The notes: generated by a model from the letters alone, not told the origin. A stretch of DNA of 64,000 nucleotides from Geopsychrobacteraceae bacterium (GCA_963662315.1 OY759353.1:2880001-2944000); one strand, 5' to 3'. Counted from the first letter of the stretch, positions 19,636 through 31,793 are shown. A program made the numbers and translations.

Positions 19636-19720
19636 AATTTTATCCTTATCATCGCTATAGAAATCTGTACGTGTGAGCCACACGGGCTCTCACCGCTAAA
19701 AGCAAGTGAGCCGACAGACA

Positions 19721-20128
19721 CTAATGGAGATAAGAACAATAGAGTTTATAAATGGGAGGAGATACGTCAGGAGAGCTGTGATAACGGTCTGTCAGCCGTT
19801 GAACACTCTGTTCATAGGCAATAACAGGCACCTCAATAGGTGAAACAAGGAACAGATCCAGCGATAACGAGGAAGGCAGCAGCGATTCATGGCTACTTTG
19901 GGGCTGATCGCAGAAAGAACCGTCGGCGCAGGGAGACGCATCATGGTCTTGGCCATGAGCCATCCTTTGTTCCGGAACCGAGGTTGGCATGCAGCATGAT
20001 AACTTGGCCGGCGCGTCAAAAGAATGCTCACAGGCCAAAGAACAGTGATCAGCACCCGCAACTATCCCGGCACTGGCAAGTATCACCAGCAAAACCAGAG
20101 CAGTTATTTTGCGCAGCACCTTCAGCAT
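19721..20128 (-). CDS. Cys/His-rich hypothetical exported protein
   Basis: Signal-like N-terminus, CC/H-rich, PPIY.L.CSYL end; first gene of the ABC/DUF2318 operon. Confidence 0.55.
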   Translation of the reverse strand: MLKVLRKITALVLLVILASAGIVAGADHCSLACEHSFDAPAKLSCCMPTSVPEQRMAHGQDHDASPCADGSFCDQPQSSHESLLPSSLSLDLFLVSPIEVPVIAYEQSVQRLTDRYHSSPDVSPPIYKLYCSYLH

Positions 20129-20352
20129 TCCATTTATCCTTTAAGAGCAATCGGATGACAGGACAGAAAAAGCGCAATCTCTATCCCTACCGACAAACTA
20201 AAGAATAATCACAGAACAAGTCAATGTTTTTTATCTCTCTTGTCAAGTAAAAGCGACAAATTGAGATTCACTTTACTTCCTCGGGGAGGCAGGTTTACAC
20301 TTACCTTTTTAATGAACGTCATGATGGCTGATTCTCGGTCAGCGAGGGCAAT

Positions 20353-21336
20353 ATGAACAAAACGTCACACCCATTCGATAAACTCACCCCCGACTTCATT
20401 ATGGATGCCGTCGAATCCCTCGGTTACCGCTGTGATTATCGCATTCTGACCCTCAACAGCTATGAAAACCGGGTCTATCAGGTCGGAATTGACGAGGCAG
20501 AGCCGCTGATTGTCAAATTTTACCGCCCTGACCGCTGGAATAAAGCCCAGCTTAGCGAAGAACACCAATTTATCGAAGAGCTCGCTGCGCATGAGCTACC
20601 GGTGGTAGCGCCCCTGCAAGATGCACAAGGGGAAACCCTGCACCGCTTTCACGGCTTTTATTTTTCATTATCACCACGCCGGGGTGGTCATTCCCCTGAA
20701 CTTGCCAACCTTGAACATCTGCAGGTGATTGGCCGCCTGCTCGGGCGTATTCATGCCATCGGCATGCAGCACCCGTTCCGCCATCGCCCGACACTGACCC
20801 CGCAAAGTTTTGGTCACGAATCGGTTAACTTCCTGCTTGGCAGTGACTGTATTCCCGGCGATTACCGGGCGGCCTATGAATCACTGACTCGGGACCTGCT
20901 GGCCAGCATAGATGAGCGCTTTTCCGCAGTGACTGCACGCAACATTCGGGTGCATGGCGACTGCCACTGCGGCAACATGCTGTGGCGGGATGACGCCCCT
21001 CATTTTGTTGATTTTGATGACACCCGCATGGCGCCTGCCATCCAAGACTTATGGATGCTGCTCTCAGGGCAGGAAGATCAGCAACAACAGCAGTTGGGAA
21101 AAATTCTTGATGGATACTATCAATTCTGCGATTTCAACCCGACCGAGCTGCAACTGATCGAACCGTTGCGCACCCTGCGCATTATCAACTACAGTGCCTG
21201 GCTGGCGCGACGCTGGGATGATCCGGCCTTCCCCCGCACCTTCCCCTGGTTTAACACTGTTCAGTACTGGGGCGAGCATATTCTTGAACTGCGCGAACAG
21301 CTGGCGGCCTTGCAGGAACCACCACTTACCCTATAA
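20353..21336 (+). CDS. srkA: Stress-response Ser/Thr kinase SrkA/RdoA
   Basis: LNSYENRVYQ, KFYRP.RW, HGDCH.GN, DFDD, PAIQDLWMLL, WDDPAFP. Confidence 0.9.
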   Translation: MNKTSHPFDKLTPDFIMDAVESLGYRCDYRILTLNSYENRVYQVGIDEAEPLIVKFYRPDRWNKAQLSEEHQFIEELAAHELPVVAPLQDAQGETLHRFHGFYFSLSPRRGGHSPELANLEHLQVIGRLLGRIHAIGMQHPFRHRPTLTPQSFGHESVNFLLGSDCIPGDYRAAYESLTRDLLASIDERFSAVTARNIRVHGDCHCGNMLWRDDAPHFVDFDDTRMAPAIQDLWMLLSGQEDQQQQQLGKILDGYYQFCDFNPTELQLIEPLRTLRIINYSAWLARRWDDPAFPRTFPWFNTVQYWGEHILELREQLAALQEPPLTL

Positions 21337-21446
21337 AACTTCAGCACGTAATCCGCGCCTTGTTGAACATCCTTCTCCATGAGGAAGCAGCTGCCCACAG
21401 GGCAGATGAGGGGGGGGGCGTCTCTCTTACCCCTTTCGTCAAAGAA

Positions 21447-21482
21447 AAAGCGGCCCCCGGAAGTGCCGGAAAGCCGCTTTTT
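21447..21482. terminator. Probable bidirectional intrinsic terminator
   Basis: AAAAGCGGC...GCCGCTTTTT hairpin between convergent genes. Confidence 0.6.
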
Positions 21483-21509
21483 CTTTCCCTAATCTGTGTA
21501 AGAGTGTGC

Positions 21510-21944
21510 TCAACCGGACTTGATATACCTCGTCAGCTGATTAATCATAAACTCTTTTTCCTCAATGGTCGCTTTGACCAGGTCGCCGATGGAAATGATA
21601 CCTACCAGTTTGCCGTCCTCCAGAACCGGTAAATGCCGATGGCGTGCTTCCGTCATCATCGCCATGCACTCCTCTATGGTATCACTCGGACTGGTGAACA
21701 TGACATTTTCACTCATGATCCTGAGCACAGGGGTATCCGGGGAAGCGATCCCCTTAAGGCGAACCTTACGAGCATAGTCCCGTTCGGACAGCAGGCCAAT
21801 CACGGTCTCACCATCCATGACAACAACGGAACCAACATCCGCCTCTGCCATTTTTTCCAAGGCACTCAGCACGGTATCGGTTTTGCCAACAGTTAAAACA
21901 TCCGTTCCCTTTTCCTGGAGAATATCCTTTACATAGAGCTTCAT
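21510..21944 (-). CDS. CBS-domain protein
   Basis: GLLSERDY, RHLPVLEDGKLVGIISIGDLVK. Confidence 0.9.
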   Translation of the reverse strand: MKLYVKDILQEKGTDVLTVGKTDTVLSALEKMAEADVGSVVVMDGETVIGLLSERDYARKVRLKGIASPDTPVLRIMSENVMFTSPSDTIEECMAMMTEARHRHLPVLEDGKLVGIISIGDLVKATIEEKEFMINQLTRYIKSG

Positions 21945-22154
21945 GGTCGACCTCCCAGCAATAAAACAATGGTATTTTGAAAGTTTAGCGTTTCAGTAAC
22001 CAATGTCAAACCTCCAAGTACCTATTTTAACGTTTTTTTCTAACTACCTGCTTGCACCTTATGACGCTGATTTTATTTTTTTGTTATAATTAGCGGAAAT
22101 TCCTTACGCCTCGACATATCAACCCGATAAATGATCTTTCTGAACCGGAGTGTT

Positions 22155-23492
22155 ATGTTTCATATTAAAAAAGGACTACAATTACCGCTTTGTGGTGCCC
22201 CTTCCCAACAGATTGATACGCCTGCGCCTTCGGCCCATGTCGCGCTGCTTGGATGTGACTTTCCCCAGCTTAAACCAACCCTCCTGGTGGATGAAGGCGA
22301 TTCGGTGTCCCTGGGGCAACCTTTAATGAAGGATAAAAAGCACCCCCGGATTCTGTTTACCGCTCCTGCTGCGGGCCGCATTACAGCTATTCATCGTGGC
22401 TACCGCAGGGCCTTTGTGTCACTGGTTATTAAAGTCGAAGGTCATGATGAGCTGAGTTTTCAGGCACTGAAAGAGCTTGATCCGCAGCAGCTCACCAGCG
22501 AGCAGATCGAAGAACACTTGCTTGCATCCGGCTTATGGCCAGCATTTCGCACCCGCCCCTATGACCATATCCCTCAACCGGATAGCCGCCCGGCGGCACT
22601 TTTTGTTACCGCTATCGATACCAACCCGCTGGCTCCCGATCCACGCCTGATCATTGGAGAAAGTCCTGAGTTCTTTTACGCCGGGCTGCAGATCCTGCAA
22701 CGCCTGGTGAACACGACCATTCACCTGTGTACGGCTCCCGATGCTGACTATTCTTACCCCAACGGCATCAGCGTCAGTCAATTTGCCGGGCCACACCCGG
22801 CAGGCCTGGCCGGAACCCATATTCATTTTCTGGAGAAAGTCAACCAGCACCGGACCGTCTGGCATATCGGCTATCAGGATGTCATCGCCATCGGCCACCT
22901 GTTCAGCACCGGTCGCATTATGACTGAAAGGATTATTTCTCTGGCTGGCCCGCTGGTCCATAGGCCGCGCCTGCTGAGGGTCAGAACCGGTGTAAATCTT
23001 CAGGAATTGCTTAACAACGAAGTCTCCGGTGACCATCCCCGCATTATTTCCGGTTCGATTTTTTCCGGGCATCAGGCCAGCGAGCCGGTCGCTTTTCTGG
23101 GGCGCTATCACAATCAGGTCACCGTTCTCGGTGAGGACCGTGAACGCGCTCTACTCGGCTGGTTGCGCCCCGGTCTGCATAAGTTCTCGGTAAAAAATCT
23201 GTTTGTCTCAAGCTTTCTTTCGTCCCGCCCTCTGCCGTTAACAACGACAACCAATGGCAGTGTCCGGGCCATGGTCCCGATTGGGGCCTATGAAAACGTG
23301 ATGCCCCTGAATATCAAGGCAACCTGGCTTTTGCGGTCACTCATGACCCTCGACACGGATCTGGCCCAGAAACTTGGCTGCCTGGAACTTGCCGAAGAAG
23401 ATCTGGCCCTGTGCAGCTTCGTCTGCGCCGGAAAAATCGATTACGGTCATCACCTGCGCCAGGCATTGATCAAAATTGAAGAAGAGGGATGA
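22155..23492 (+). CDS. nqrA: Na+-translocating NADH:quinone reductase subunit A
   Basis: [37 protein letters not shown]; first gene of the nqr operon. Confidence 0.92.
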   Translation: MFHIKKGLQLPLCGAPSQQIDTPAPSAHVALLGCDFPQLKPTLLVDEGDSVSLGQPLMKDKKHPRILFTAPAAGRITAIHRGYRRAFVSLVIKVEGHDELSFQALKELDPQQLTSEQIEEHLLASGLWPAFRTRPYDHIPQPDSRPAALFVTAIDTNPLAPDPRLIIGESPEFFYAGLQILQRLVNTTIHLCTAPDADYSYPNGISVSQFAGPHPAGLAGTHIHFLEKVNQHRTVWHIGYQDVIAIGHLFSTGRIMTERIISLAGPLVHRPRLLRVRTGVNLQELLNNEVSGDHPRIISGSIFSGHQASEPVAFLGRYHNQVTVLGEDRERALLGWLRPGLHKFSVKNLFVSSFLSSRPLPLTTTTNGSVRAMVPIGAYENVMPLNIKATWLLRSLMTLDTDLAQKLGCLELAEEDLALCSFVCAGKIDYGHHLRQALIKIEEEG

Positions 23493-24700
23493 ACATGGGA
23501 CTGCGAAAAATACTTGATGATATCCATCCCCATATGACTGAAGGGGGGAAATTCGCCCGCTTTTATCCCCTCTATGAAGCCCTGGACAGCTTTCTCTATA
23601 CCCCAGGGGAAGTGACTACCGGCCCACCCCATGTCCGCGATGCCATGGATCTTAAACGGGTGATGATTACCGTTGTTGTCGCCCTGCTCCCCTGCTTTTT
23701 TATGGCCATGTGGAATACCGGCTACCAGGCCAATCTCGTCATGCATCTTGGTGGCGCTGAGGTACCCGGCTGGCGTGGCGGTTTGTTAAAGCTGCTGGGT
23801 TTCAGTGCCGACCCGACAAGCTTTCTCGACAACCTTATGTACGGGGCGGTGTGGTTCATTCCCATTTACCTGGTCACCAATATCGTCGGTGGTCTGTGGG
23901 AGGCCTTATTCTGCATCGTCCGCAAGCATGACCTGAACGAAGGATTTCTGGTTACCGGCTCGCTCTTTCCCCTCATCTGCCCACCCACGCTGCCGTTGTG
24001 GCAGGTGGCTTTGGGGATCAGCTTCGGGGTTGTTATCGGCAAAGAGATTTTCGGCGGCACCGGGAAAAACTTCCTCAACCCGGCCCTGACCGGCAGAGCG
24101 TTTCTGTTTTTTGCTTACCCGGCCCAGATCAGCGGCAACCAGGTCTGGACCGCCGTCGATGGTTTCAGCGGCGCTACCGCCTTAAGTCATGCTGCCGAAG
24201 GTGGTGTTGCAGCGATTCAGCAGTTCACCAGCTGGTTTGCCGCTTTTGTCGGAACCATCCCCGGCTCCATGGGAGAAACGTCTACCCTGGCCTGCCTGTT
24301 TGGTGCCCTGGTTCTGATCGTCACCGGCATCGGATCCTGGCGGGTCATGCTCGCGACTCTGCTTGGAGCGCTGACCATGATCCTGCTGTTTAATGCCATC
24401 GGCAGTGACAGTAATCCCATGTTTGCCCTTGGCCCGCACTGGCACCTGGTTATCGGTGGCTTTGCCTTCGGCCTGGTGTTCATGACCACCGACCCGGTTT
24501 CCGGAGCGATGACCAATGAGGGGAAGTGGTTTTACGGTTTCCTGATCGGTGCCATGTGCATCCTGATCCGGGTGGTCAACCCGGCGTTCCCTGAAGGGAT
24601 GATGCTGGCCATCCTGTTCGGCAACGTGTTTGCCCCAATCATCGACCAGCTGGTACTCAAGGTTCATATCAGGCGGAGGTTACGGCATGTCGAAAGATAG
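23489..24700 (+). CDS. nqrB: Na+-NQR subunit B
   Basis: [29 protein letters not shown]-attachment motif. Confidence 0.95.
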   Translation: MNMGLRKILDDIHPHMTEGGKFARFYPLYEALDSFLYTPGEVTTGPPHVRDAMDLKRVMITVVVALLPCFFMAMWNTGYQANLVMHLGGAEVPGWRGGLLKLLGFSADPTSFLDNLMYGAVWFIPIYLVTNIVGGLWEALFCIVRKHDLNEGFLVTGSLFPLICPPTLPLWQVALGISFGVVIGKEIFGGTGKNFLNPALTGRAFLFFAYPAQISGNQVWTAVDGFSGATALSHAAEGGVAAIQQFTSWFAAFVGTIPGSMGETSTLACLFGALVLIVTGIGSWRVMLATLLGALTMILLFNAIGSDSNPMFALGPHWHLVIGGFAFGLVFMTTDPVSGAMTNEGKWFYGFLIGAMCILIRVVNPAFPEGMMLAILFGNVFAPIIDQLVLKVHIRRRLRHVER

Positions 24701-25463
24701 TACGTCCCATGTCCTGATCGTTGCTCTGTTGCTGTGTGTGGTCTGCTCGGTGCTGGTCTCCGCAGCGGCGGTTGGCCTGAGAGACCGGCAGGAACTGAAC
24801 AAAGCCACAGAAAAACGCAAAAACATTCTGCAGGCAGCCGGACTTTACCATGACGATCAACCGGTCAATGAGCAGTTTGCCCATATTCAAACGCGCCTGG
24901 TCGATCTGCAGACCGGGACCTTCAGCGAGCGCTTTGACCCCACCACTTTTGACAGCCGGTCAGCGAGCCGCGATCCCGCCACCAGCTACCGGATCCCGCC
25001 GGATCTGGACCGGGCAGGAATCAAGGACCGTTCCCGCTATAAGGATGTTTATCTGGTCATGCAGGGGGACCAGCTCGAGCAACTGATCCTGCCGGTGCAT
25101 GGAAAAGGGTTATGGTCCACCATGTATGGCTTTATCGCCCTCGCAGGGGACCTGAACACCGTTAACGGTTTTGCCTTCTATGAGCATGGCGAGACCCCCG
25201 GTCTGGGTGGCGAAATAGATAACCCGGCCTGGAAACGCCAGTGGCGCGGCAAAGAAATCTACGGTCCTGACGGCAAGGTGCGGATTGAGGTCATCAAGGG
25301 CAGCGTAGTCAAGAGCGATCCGCAGGCTCAGTTCAAAGCTGACGGGCTGGCCGGCGCAACCCTCACCTCGCGCGGCGTAGAAAACCTGCTCAGGTACTGG
25401 CTGGGGGCAAACGGCTATCAGCCGTTCCTGGCCCGCCTGAAACGCGAAGGAGTCCACCTATGA
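24687..25463 (+). CDS. nqrC: Na+-NQR subunit C
   Basis: [30 protein letters not shown]. Confidence 0.95.
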   Translation: MSKDSTSHVLIVALLLCVVCSVLVSAAAVGLRDRQELNKATEKRKNILQAAGLYHDDQPVNEQFAHIQTRLVDLQTGTFSERFDPTTFDSRSASRDPATSYRIPPDLDRAGIKDRSRYKDVYLVMQGDQLEQLILPVHGKGLWSTMYGFIALAGDLNTVNGFAFYEHGETPGLGGEIDNPAWKRQWRGKEIYGPDGKVRIEVIKGSVVKSDPQAQFKADGLAGATLTSRGVENLLRYWLGANGYQPFLARLKREGVHL

Positions 25464-26083
25464 GCAAAGCAAAAGACGCACTGCTCGACCCGCTGTTCGA
25501 CAAAAATCCCATCGGCTTGCAGATTCTCGGTATCTGTTCGGCGCTGGCGGTAACGTCCAAGCTGGAAACCGTGGCGGTTATGGGTCTGGCGGTTATCTTC
25601 GTCGTTGCCGGTTCCAACTTTTCAGTCAGCCTGATCCGCCGCCAGGTGCCGGGCAACATCAGAATTCTGGTCGAAATCACTATCATCGCCACGCTGGTTA
25701 TCATTGTTGACCAATTTCTCAAGGCCTTTGCCTTCAGCGTCAGCAAGCAACTTTCAGTCTTTGTCGGGCTGATCATCACCAACTGTATTGTCCTCGGCCG
25801 CGCTGAAGCTTTCGCCATGAAAAATCCGCCGGGCTTAAGTCTGTTGGATGGGATCGGCAACGGACTCGGTTACAGTCTGGTGCTGCTGCTGGTCGGTTTC
25901 TGCCGCGAACTGTTTGGCGCCGGAAAACTGTTCGGCTTCACCATTTTTGCCACGACCAATGACGGCGGCTGGTATCTGCCTAATGGGCTGATGCTGCTGC
26001 CACCCAGCGCCTTCTTTATTATCGGGCTGTTGATCTGGGCGTTACGAACCTGGAAAACCGACCAGATTGAAGAGGAGAACTAG
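25460..26083 (+). CDS. nqrD: Na+-NQR subunit D
   Basis: [29 protein letters not shown]. Confidence 0.95.
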   Translation: MSKAKDALLDPLFDKNPIGLQILGICSALAVTSKLETVAVMGLAVIFVVAGSNFSVSLIRRQVPGNIRILVEITIIATLVIIVDQFLKAFAFSVSKQLSVFVGLIITNCIVLGRAEAFAMKNPPGLSLLDGIGNGLGYSLVLLLVGFCRELFGAGKLFGFTIFATTNDGGWYLPNGLMLLPPSAFFIIGLLIWALRTWKTDQIEEEN

Positions 26084-26086
26084 GGT

Positions 26087-26695
26087 ATGGAACATTACCT
26101 GAATATTCTGATCCGTTCAGTCTTCATCGAAAATATGGCGCTGGCCTTTTTCCTGGGTATGTGTACCTTTCTCGCGGTATCGCGCAAGGTTGATACCGCA
26201 CTGGGTCTGGGCGTTGCCGTGGTGGTCGTCCAGACCATTACCGTACCGGCCAACAACCTGATTTTTCAACATCTCCTAAAAGCAGGAGCGCTTGATTGGG
26301 CGGGCTTTGGAGGTCTTGACCTGACTTTCATTGGCCTTATCTGCTACATCGGCGTGATTGCCGCCATTGTCCAGATCCTGGAAATGATCCTCGACCGCTT
26401 TGTGCCGGCTCTTTACAACGCGCTGGGAATTTTTCTGCCGCTGATCACGGTCAACTGCGCCATTCTGGGTGGCTCGCTGTTTATGGTTGAGCGGGATTAC
26501 AATTTTCCCGAGAGCGTGGTTTTCGGCTTTGGCTCTGGACTGGGCTGGGCGCTGGCCATAGTAGCGCTGGCCGGTATTCGGGAAAAACTGAAATATGCCG
26601 ATGTTCCCGCCGGGCTGCGCGGCCTCGGTATTACTTTCATGACGGCCGGGCTGATGGCCATGGCGTTCATGGTCTTTTCCGGGATTCAACTTTAG
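26087..26695 (+). CDS. nqrE: Na+-NQR subunit E
   Basis: [29 protein letters not shown]. Confidence 0.95.
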   Translation: MEHYLNILIRSVFIENMALAFFLGMCTFLAVSRKVDTALGLGVAVVVVQTITVPANNLIFQHLLKAGALDWAGFGGLDLTFIGLICYIGVIAAIVQILEMILDRFVPALYNALGIFLPLITVNCAILGGSLFMVERDYNFPESVVFGFGSGLGWALAIVALAGIREKLKYADVPAGLRGLGITFMTAGLMAMAFMVFSGIQL

Positions 26696-26704
26696 GATGA
26701 AACT

Positions 26705-27931
26705 ATGACAGCAATTGCTCTCGGCGTATCCATCTTTACCCTGATCGTCATGGCCCTGGTCATTCTCATACTGCTGTCCAGATCCTGGCTGATCCCCTCT
26801 GGCGACGTGGTTTTGAACATCAATGATGATCCGGACAAAAAGTTGACCGTTCACCCGGGGGGAAAACTGCTCAGCGTACTCGCCGATCAGCAGATCTTTG
26901 TCCCTTCCGCCTGCGGTGGCGGTGGCACCTGCGCTCAGTGCCGGGTTAAAGTTCTCGAAGGGGGCGGCGACATCCTGCCAACCGAAACCGCACACATCAA
27001 CAAACGCGATGCCCGCGCGGGGTATCGCCTGTCCTGCCAGGTCAGCGTCAAACAGGATATGGCACTGGAACTGCCGGCCGAAATTTTTTCCATCAGCCGC
27101 TGGGAGTGCCGGGTGCGCTCCAACACCAGCCGGGCGACCTTCATCAAGGAACTGGTTCTCGAACTTCCTGAAGGGGAAAATCTCGATTTCCGTGCTGGTG
27201 GCTATATCCAGATCGAAGCGCCGCCACATAGCTGCGAATACAAGACGATGGACATCGCCGAACGCTTCCGCAACGACTGGGATAAATTCGATATCTGGCA
27301 ATATACATCGGAGGTCAAAGAACCGATCATGCGCGCCTATTCGATGGCCAACTACCCGGATGAAAAAGGCATTATCATGCTCAACGTGCGTGTCTGCCCG
27401 CCGCCGCCTGCTGTTCCTGGTGCGCCTCCCGGGCAAATGTCATCATTTATCTTCAATCTGAAACCCGGCGACACTGTTTTCGTATCCGGCCCTTACGGCG
27501 AATTCTTTGCGCGCGAAACCAATGCCGAAATGGTCTTTGTCGGTGGTGGTGCCGGTATGGCGCCGATGCGTTCGCATATTTTCGACCAGCTGAAACGCCT
27601 AGATTCAAAACGGAAAATTTCATTCTGGTATGGTGCCCGCAGCCGCAAAGAAGCCTTTTATGTTGATGAATTCGACCAGCTGGCCGCAGATCACCCAAAC
27701 TTCAAGTGGCATCTGGTCCTGTCGGAACCCCTCCCGGAAGATAACTGGAACGGCCCGACCGGCTTTGTTCATCAATACCTCTACAGCCATTATCTGGAAA
27801 ACCACCCGACCCCCGAGGATTGTGAATATTATCTGTGCGGTCCCCCGATGATGAACAAGGCGACCACCGACATGCTGTATAACCTTGGGGTTGATTACGA
27901 AAATATCATGTTCGATGATTTTGGCGTTTAA
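26705..27931 (+). CDS. nqrF: Na+-NQR subunit F
   Basis: [38 protein letters not shown]. Confidence 0.95.
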   Translation: MTAIALGVSIFTLIVMALVILILLSRSWLIPSGDVVLNINDDPDKKLTVHPGGKLLSVLADQQIFVPSACGGGGTCAQCRVKVLEGGGDILPTETAHINKRDARAGYRLSCQVSVKQDMALELPAEIFSISRWECRVRSNTSRATFIKELVLELPEGENLDFRAGGYIQIEAPPHSCEYKTMDIAERFRNDWDKFDIWQYTSEVKEPIMRAYSMANYPDEKGIIMLNVRVCPPPPAVPGAPPGQMSSFIFNLKPGDTVFVSGPYGEFFARETNAEMVFVGGGAGMAPMRSHIFDQLKRLDSKRKISFWYGARSRKEAFYVDEFDQLAADHPNFKWHLVLSEPLPEDNWNGPTGFVHQYLYSHYLENHPTPEDCEYYLCGPPMMNKATTDMLYNLGVDYENIMFDDFGV

Positions 27932-27949
27932 GCGCCTCAGGAGGCTGTT

Positions 27950-28408
27950 ATGCGTTACCAACAAACCCGCGAGGTGCTGCACAAATTGGCTCCGGAATAC
28001 CATCGCAAAGTGAAGGATTATTTCCAGCAACTCGCTGAATGTGACGTCTCGCCACGGGTCAGGCTGATGCTCGACTATCTGATCGGCCATGAAGAACAGC
28101 GTGCCCTGGCGCTGGCAGAATACTGCCAGCTGGCCTCTCGTCATGCTCTTGATTACTGGTTTAAAGGGGTGGAAATCCCCTTTCCTCAGCCGCAAGCCGA
28201 TCTGATCCCGGAAGCGGCCCGCAACAGCCTGGATGAACTGATCTGTGCAGCGGTCGGCTACAAGCAGCAACTGATCAGATATTACGACCACCTGCTTGAG
28301 AAAGCTGGGAGCAAAGAAAGCCGCCACCTTTTCCAAACCTTGCTGACTCAGGAAGAAAAAGCGATGAAACGAATGATCCGACATGCCCAGGGACTTGCTG
28401 ACCTTTAA
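27950..28408 (+). CDS. Hypothetical protein, possibly ferritin-like four-helix fold
   Basis: In-operon ORF with RBS GGAGG; helical with LIGHEE and QEEK motifs. Confidence 0.6.
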   Translation: MRYQQTREVLHKLAPEYHRKVKDYFQQLAECDVSPRVRLMLDYLIGHEEQRALALAEYCQLASRHALDYWFKGVEIPFPQPQADLIPEAARNSLDELICAAVGYKQQLIRYYDHLLEKAGSKESRHLFQTLLTQEEKAMKRMIRHAQGLADL

Positions 28409-28409
28409 T

Positions 28410-29432
28410 ATGAAGATATTATTCCTGGCACTATTGCCCGCCATGCTTCTTATCGCCGGTTGCCAGCAGCAACCGGAAATCATCCGCCTTGGTGGCGACA
28501 CCATGGGGACCACCTGGTCTGTGACGGTGGTTCATGACCGGCAGCAGGTTAGCAATGGTGATCTGCAGACGTTACTGGAAAACCGCCTGGTTCAGATCAA
28601 CCAGCTGATGTCAACCTACGACCCTCAATCTGAGGTATCCCGCTTTAACAAAAAACAGAGTGATTCCTGGTTTCCCATTTCTGTCGAAACCTATCTGGTG
28701 ATCCGCCAGGCGCTCCAGATCAGTGAACTCAGTGGCGGTGCCTTTGACATCAGTGTCGGACCACTGGTTAACCTGTGGGGATTCGGAACAACGGGGCGTC
28801 CGCAGCAGCGGCCGACCCAGGAAGAGATTCGCTCTATTCTGGCATCAGTGGGGTATCAGCACCTCGAACTGAGAGCCCATCCTCCGCTGCTTAAAAAAGA
28901 TATTCCCGCGTTGCAGATCGATCTCTCTGCCATAGCCAAAGGCTATGCGGTTGATGCCCTGGGGAATGTTCTGCAACAACAAGGCTATCAGGATTTTCTG
29001 GTGGAAATCGGCGGGGAAATCCTCACCGCAGGGCGACGGCCAGGCAAGCAACTCTGGCGTATTGCAGTCGAAAAACCGGTGGAAGAAACCCGTGAAGTCG
29101 GCACCATCCTCACTATGACCGGAACTGCCATGGCGACATCAGGAAACTACCGCAATTTTTATGTTGAAGATGGACAACGTTATGTCCACACCATCGATCC
29201 TGTCAGCGGCCAGCCCATCATTCATAAGCTGGCTTCAGCGACAGTCCTCGATCCGTCCTGCGCCCGCGCGGACGCCCTTGCAACAACCCTGATGGTCATG
29301 GGGGAAGAAAAGGCGATTGCCTTCAGTGAAAAGCATGACATCCCAGTGTACCTGATGATCCATCATGGCGAAGAAACCGCAAACTACCAAAGTCCGGCAT
29401 TTAAAAAATTTCTTCAGGAGCAACAGCCATGA
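28410..29432 (+). CDS. apbE: FAD:protein FMN transferase (lipoprotein)
   Basis: Lipobox IAGC, TMGTTW, DLSAIAKGYAVD, ATSGNYR, ADALAT. Confidence 0.92.
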   Translation: MKILFLALLPAMLLIAGCQQQPEIIRLGGDTMGTTWSVTVVHDRQQVSNGDLQTLLENRLVQINQLMSTYDPQSEVSRFNKKQSDSWFPISVETYLVIRQALQISELSGGAFDISVGPLVNLWGFGTTGRPQQRPTQEEIRSILASVGYQHLELRAHPPLLKKDIPALQIDLSAIAKGYAVDALGNVLQQQGYQDFLVEIGGEILTAGRRPGKQLWRIAVEKPVEETREVGTILTMTGTAMATSGNYRNFYVEDGQRYVHTIDPVSGQPIIHKLASATVLDPSCARADALATTLMVMGEEKAIAFSEKHDIPVYLMIHHGEETANYQSPAFKKFLQEQQP

Positions 29433-29632
29433 AACTGTTTCTGATTGTCTTTATCCTGTTTCTGCTGGCCTTTACCGGCCTGGCCTGCGGACTTATCTTC
29501 AAACGCCGCGGCCTGCGGGGTGGTTGCCAGCAACATGGGAACGACCATGATTGCCAATGTCAGGAAGCAAATCAACACACCAGCAACGACGTAAGCAGTT
29601 CCTGTTGCAAAGCCAGCCACAAAACCCATTGA
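29429..29632 (+). CDS. nqrM: Small NqrM-like maturation protein
   Basis: Single TM then L.GGC and further Cys; position after apbE in an nqr operon. Confidence 0.55.
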   Translation: MKLFLIVFILFLLAFTGLACGLIFKRRGLRGGCQQHGNDHDCQCQEANQHTSNDVSSSCCKASHKTH

Positions 29633-29796
29633 GCACAAGGCCGCTTACAGACAATGGGCAAAAACTTGGCAAGGATAGATGCAGTTTGGTTCTTAAAGTG
29701 AGCGCATTACAGGCTTCATTCGCAAGACATTTGTCAATTAACATTGAAAAACGACCCGCTGGAGCACTTTTTCAACGCCAATTGACAGTCAGGCGT

Positions 29797-30699
29797 TCAG
29801 GACAATACTTCGATAAAACTTCTCTGAATATAGTCATAAAAGTCCTCGGCTGCGGGGCTTAACGGGGCTCGCTTGCGTTTCATCAACACCACTTCTCTGG
29901 CAATCACCGGTTCGATCAGCGGAATCTTCAAGACTTCGGGGTTGTGGAAAAAAGGGAGCGAGAGTCCTGGGACAACGGCACTGCCGATTCCTTGATCGAC
30001 AAAACCAGTTTGCGTTGAAAGTGACTGAACCTCATCACTCCAGACCAAAGCAACATCATGCCGGTTCAATTGCTCATCAATGATCCGCCGATTAGCCGAC
30101 GTTGCACTGCCTAGCATGATAACCGCATGACCTGCCAGATCTTTCCAGCGAATTTTTTTCATTTTTGACAAGGGGTGTTCAGGCCGGCATGCCAGATAGA
30201 AGCGGTCCTCACAGATCGGGTCCAGTTCCAGCTCTTTTGCTTCAGTTGTCTTGATCCCAACACCGAATTCAACCGTTCGGTCACGCACTTTCTCTGTTAC
30301 TTCCATACCGTTACCATCATGCACCAAAAAACGGACATCCGGTTTTTTTTGCCGATAGCTGACAACCAGTTTGGGAAGAGCGTTCCCGGCGATAGTTGTC
30401 AGGCAGGCAATCTCCACCAGGCTTTCTTTCTGCGAAGCGATCCGCAAAAGCCGTTCGTCAAAGCGGTCAAAGTCATTGATCAGGGCCCGCGAATTTTCCA
30501 GCAATTCCCGACCGACGTGGGTCAGGCTGACCTTTTGTGTTGTCCGGTCGAACAGAGGAGCACCGACATACTCCTCCAGTTTGCTGATGCGTCGACTCAG
30601 AGCTGAAGGGGTGATGAACAGATTCTCGGAGGCCTCATGGAACGACTCCAAGGCGACAATGCTGACGAAAGCACGGATATCTTCAATCGATGGCTTCAT
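29797..30699 (-). CDS. LysR-family transcriptional regulator
   Basis: SFHEASENLFITPSALSRRISKLE..VG..LFDRTT. Confidence 0.9.
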   Translation of the reverse strand: MKPSIEDIRAFVSIVALESFHEASENLFITPSALSRRISKLEEYVGAPLFDRTTQKVSLTHVGRELLENSRALINDFDRFDERLLRIASQKESLVEIACLTTIAGNALPKLVVSYRQKKPDVRFLVHDGNGMEVTEKVRDRTVEFGVGIKTTEAKELELDPICEDRFYLACRPEHPLSKMKKIRWKDLAGHAVIMLGSATSANRRIIDEQLNRHDVALVWSDEVQSLSTQTGFVDQGIGSAVVPGLSLPFFHNPEVLKIPLIEPVIAREVVLMKRKRAPLSPAAEDFYDYIQRSFIEVLS

Positions 30700-30798
30700 G
30701 ATTTTTTCTCAACAAAGTTTGACTATTAGTCACTTTACATCAACAAAATTAGTTTATAGCATAAGCCCAAAGATAAAGGAATAAGGGGTTGTGAACCT

Positions 30799-31770
30799 AT
30801 GAAAAAAAATCAATCGATACAGTTGAAGAATGTCTCCAGTTATTTTGTCGGCGGGGAGAATAAAACCATCTCAGGTGCCGGAGTCCGCAATGTCAGTTAT
30901 TCGTTGAGTGGTGTTTCTCGTCCCTATTCAATCGATGGCGACTACGAATATGGTCAAATGTACGTTCAGGTTTATGAGCAGGCTCAGGCCCGTTATCAAG
31001 CCCCTTTACTGATGTGGCATGGTGGCGGAATGACCGGAACAGTGTGGGAAAGTACCGCTAATGGTGAGCCCGGATGGCTCGATTATTTTCTGAAAGAGGG
31101 ATACAGCGTTTACGTCTCTGATGCGGTTGAACGGGGGCGTTCTGGTTTTGACCCGACGGCAATAATGAATGGAACGCCACTGTTCCGCTCGAAACAGGAG
31201 GCTTGGGAGCTATTCCGCATCGGAACCAAAGAGGGCTACTGCGACTCGGCAGAAGAGCGGATTCCCTTCCCCGGAACACAGTTTCCAGCTGCTTCTTTTG
31301 ATTTTTATTGCCGCAGCTTTGTACCCCGTTTTGAAGGTAACCGCGGGCAGATTGTCGCGGCTTATAAGCAGATGGTCGGGGAACTTCCAGAAAGTATCAT
31401 TATGGCGCACAGTCAGGGAGGTGGATTCGCTCTTCAGGTTGTCTCTGAAAATCCTCTGCCGGTTAAGGCTGTTGTTGCCGTTGAGCCTTCCGGTGCCCCT
31501 GAATTGACGGATGATGTTGATTGGAAGGCGGTCGGGAAAATTCCTCATTTGATCGTTTGGGGAGATCATTTTGAGCAGCACAAAGTCTGGCAAAGCTATC
31601 GCTCTTCAGTTGATCGCTATGTCGATAAGGTTAGAAAAAATGGGGGAAATATCGATGTTATTTCACTGCCGTCAATCGGAATTTCTGGAAACTCTCACTG
31701 CCCCATGTCTGATCTGAACAGTGAGCAGGTTGCTGATGTTATCGCCGCATGGTTGCGAGAAAAAATCTAA
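30799..31770 (+). CDS. Alpha/beta-hydrolase (esterase)
   Basis: WHGGG, AHSQGG nucleophile elbow, GNSH. Confidence 0.8.
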   Translation: MKKNQSIQLKNVSSYFVGGENKTISGAGVRNVSYSLSGVSRPYSIDGDYEYGQMYVQVYEQAQARYQAPLLMWHGGGMTGTVWESTANGEPGWLDYFLKEGYSVYVSDAVERGRSGFDPTAIMNGTPLFRSKQEAWELFRIGTKEGYCDSAEERIPFPGTQFPAASFDFYCRSFVPRFEGNRGQIVAAYKQMVGELPESIIMAHSQGGGFALQVVSENPLPVKAVVAVEPSGAPELTDDVDWKAVGKIPHLIVWGDHFEQHKVWQSYRSSVDRYVDKVRKNGGNIDVISLPSIGISGNSHCPMSDLNSEQVADVIAAWLREKI

Positions 31771-31793
31771 CACTGATGAGAAAGGGTATTGTT

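Noticed and set aside
18979..19824. 281-aa plus-strand ORF
   Set aside because: Antisense to DUF2318 and permease genes; no motifs
26276..28513. Long antisense ORFs (386 aa, 297 aa) over nqrEF
   Set aside because: Shadow frames of well-supported genes with no recognisable motifs
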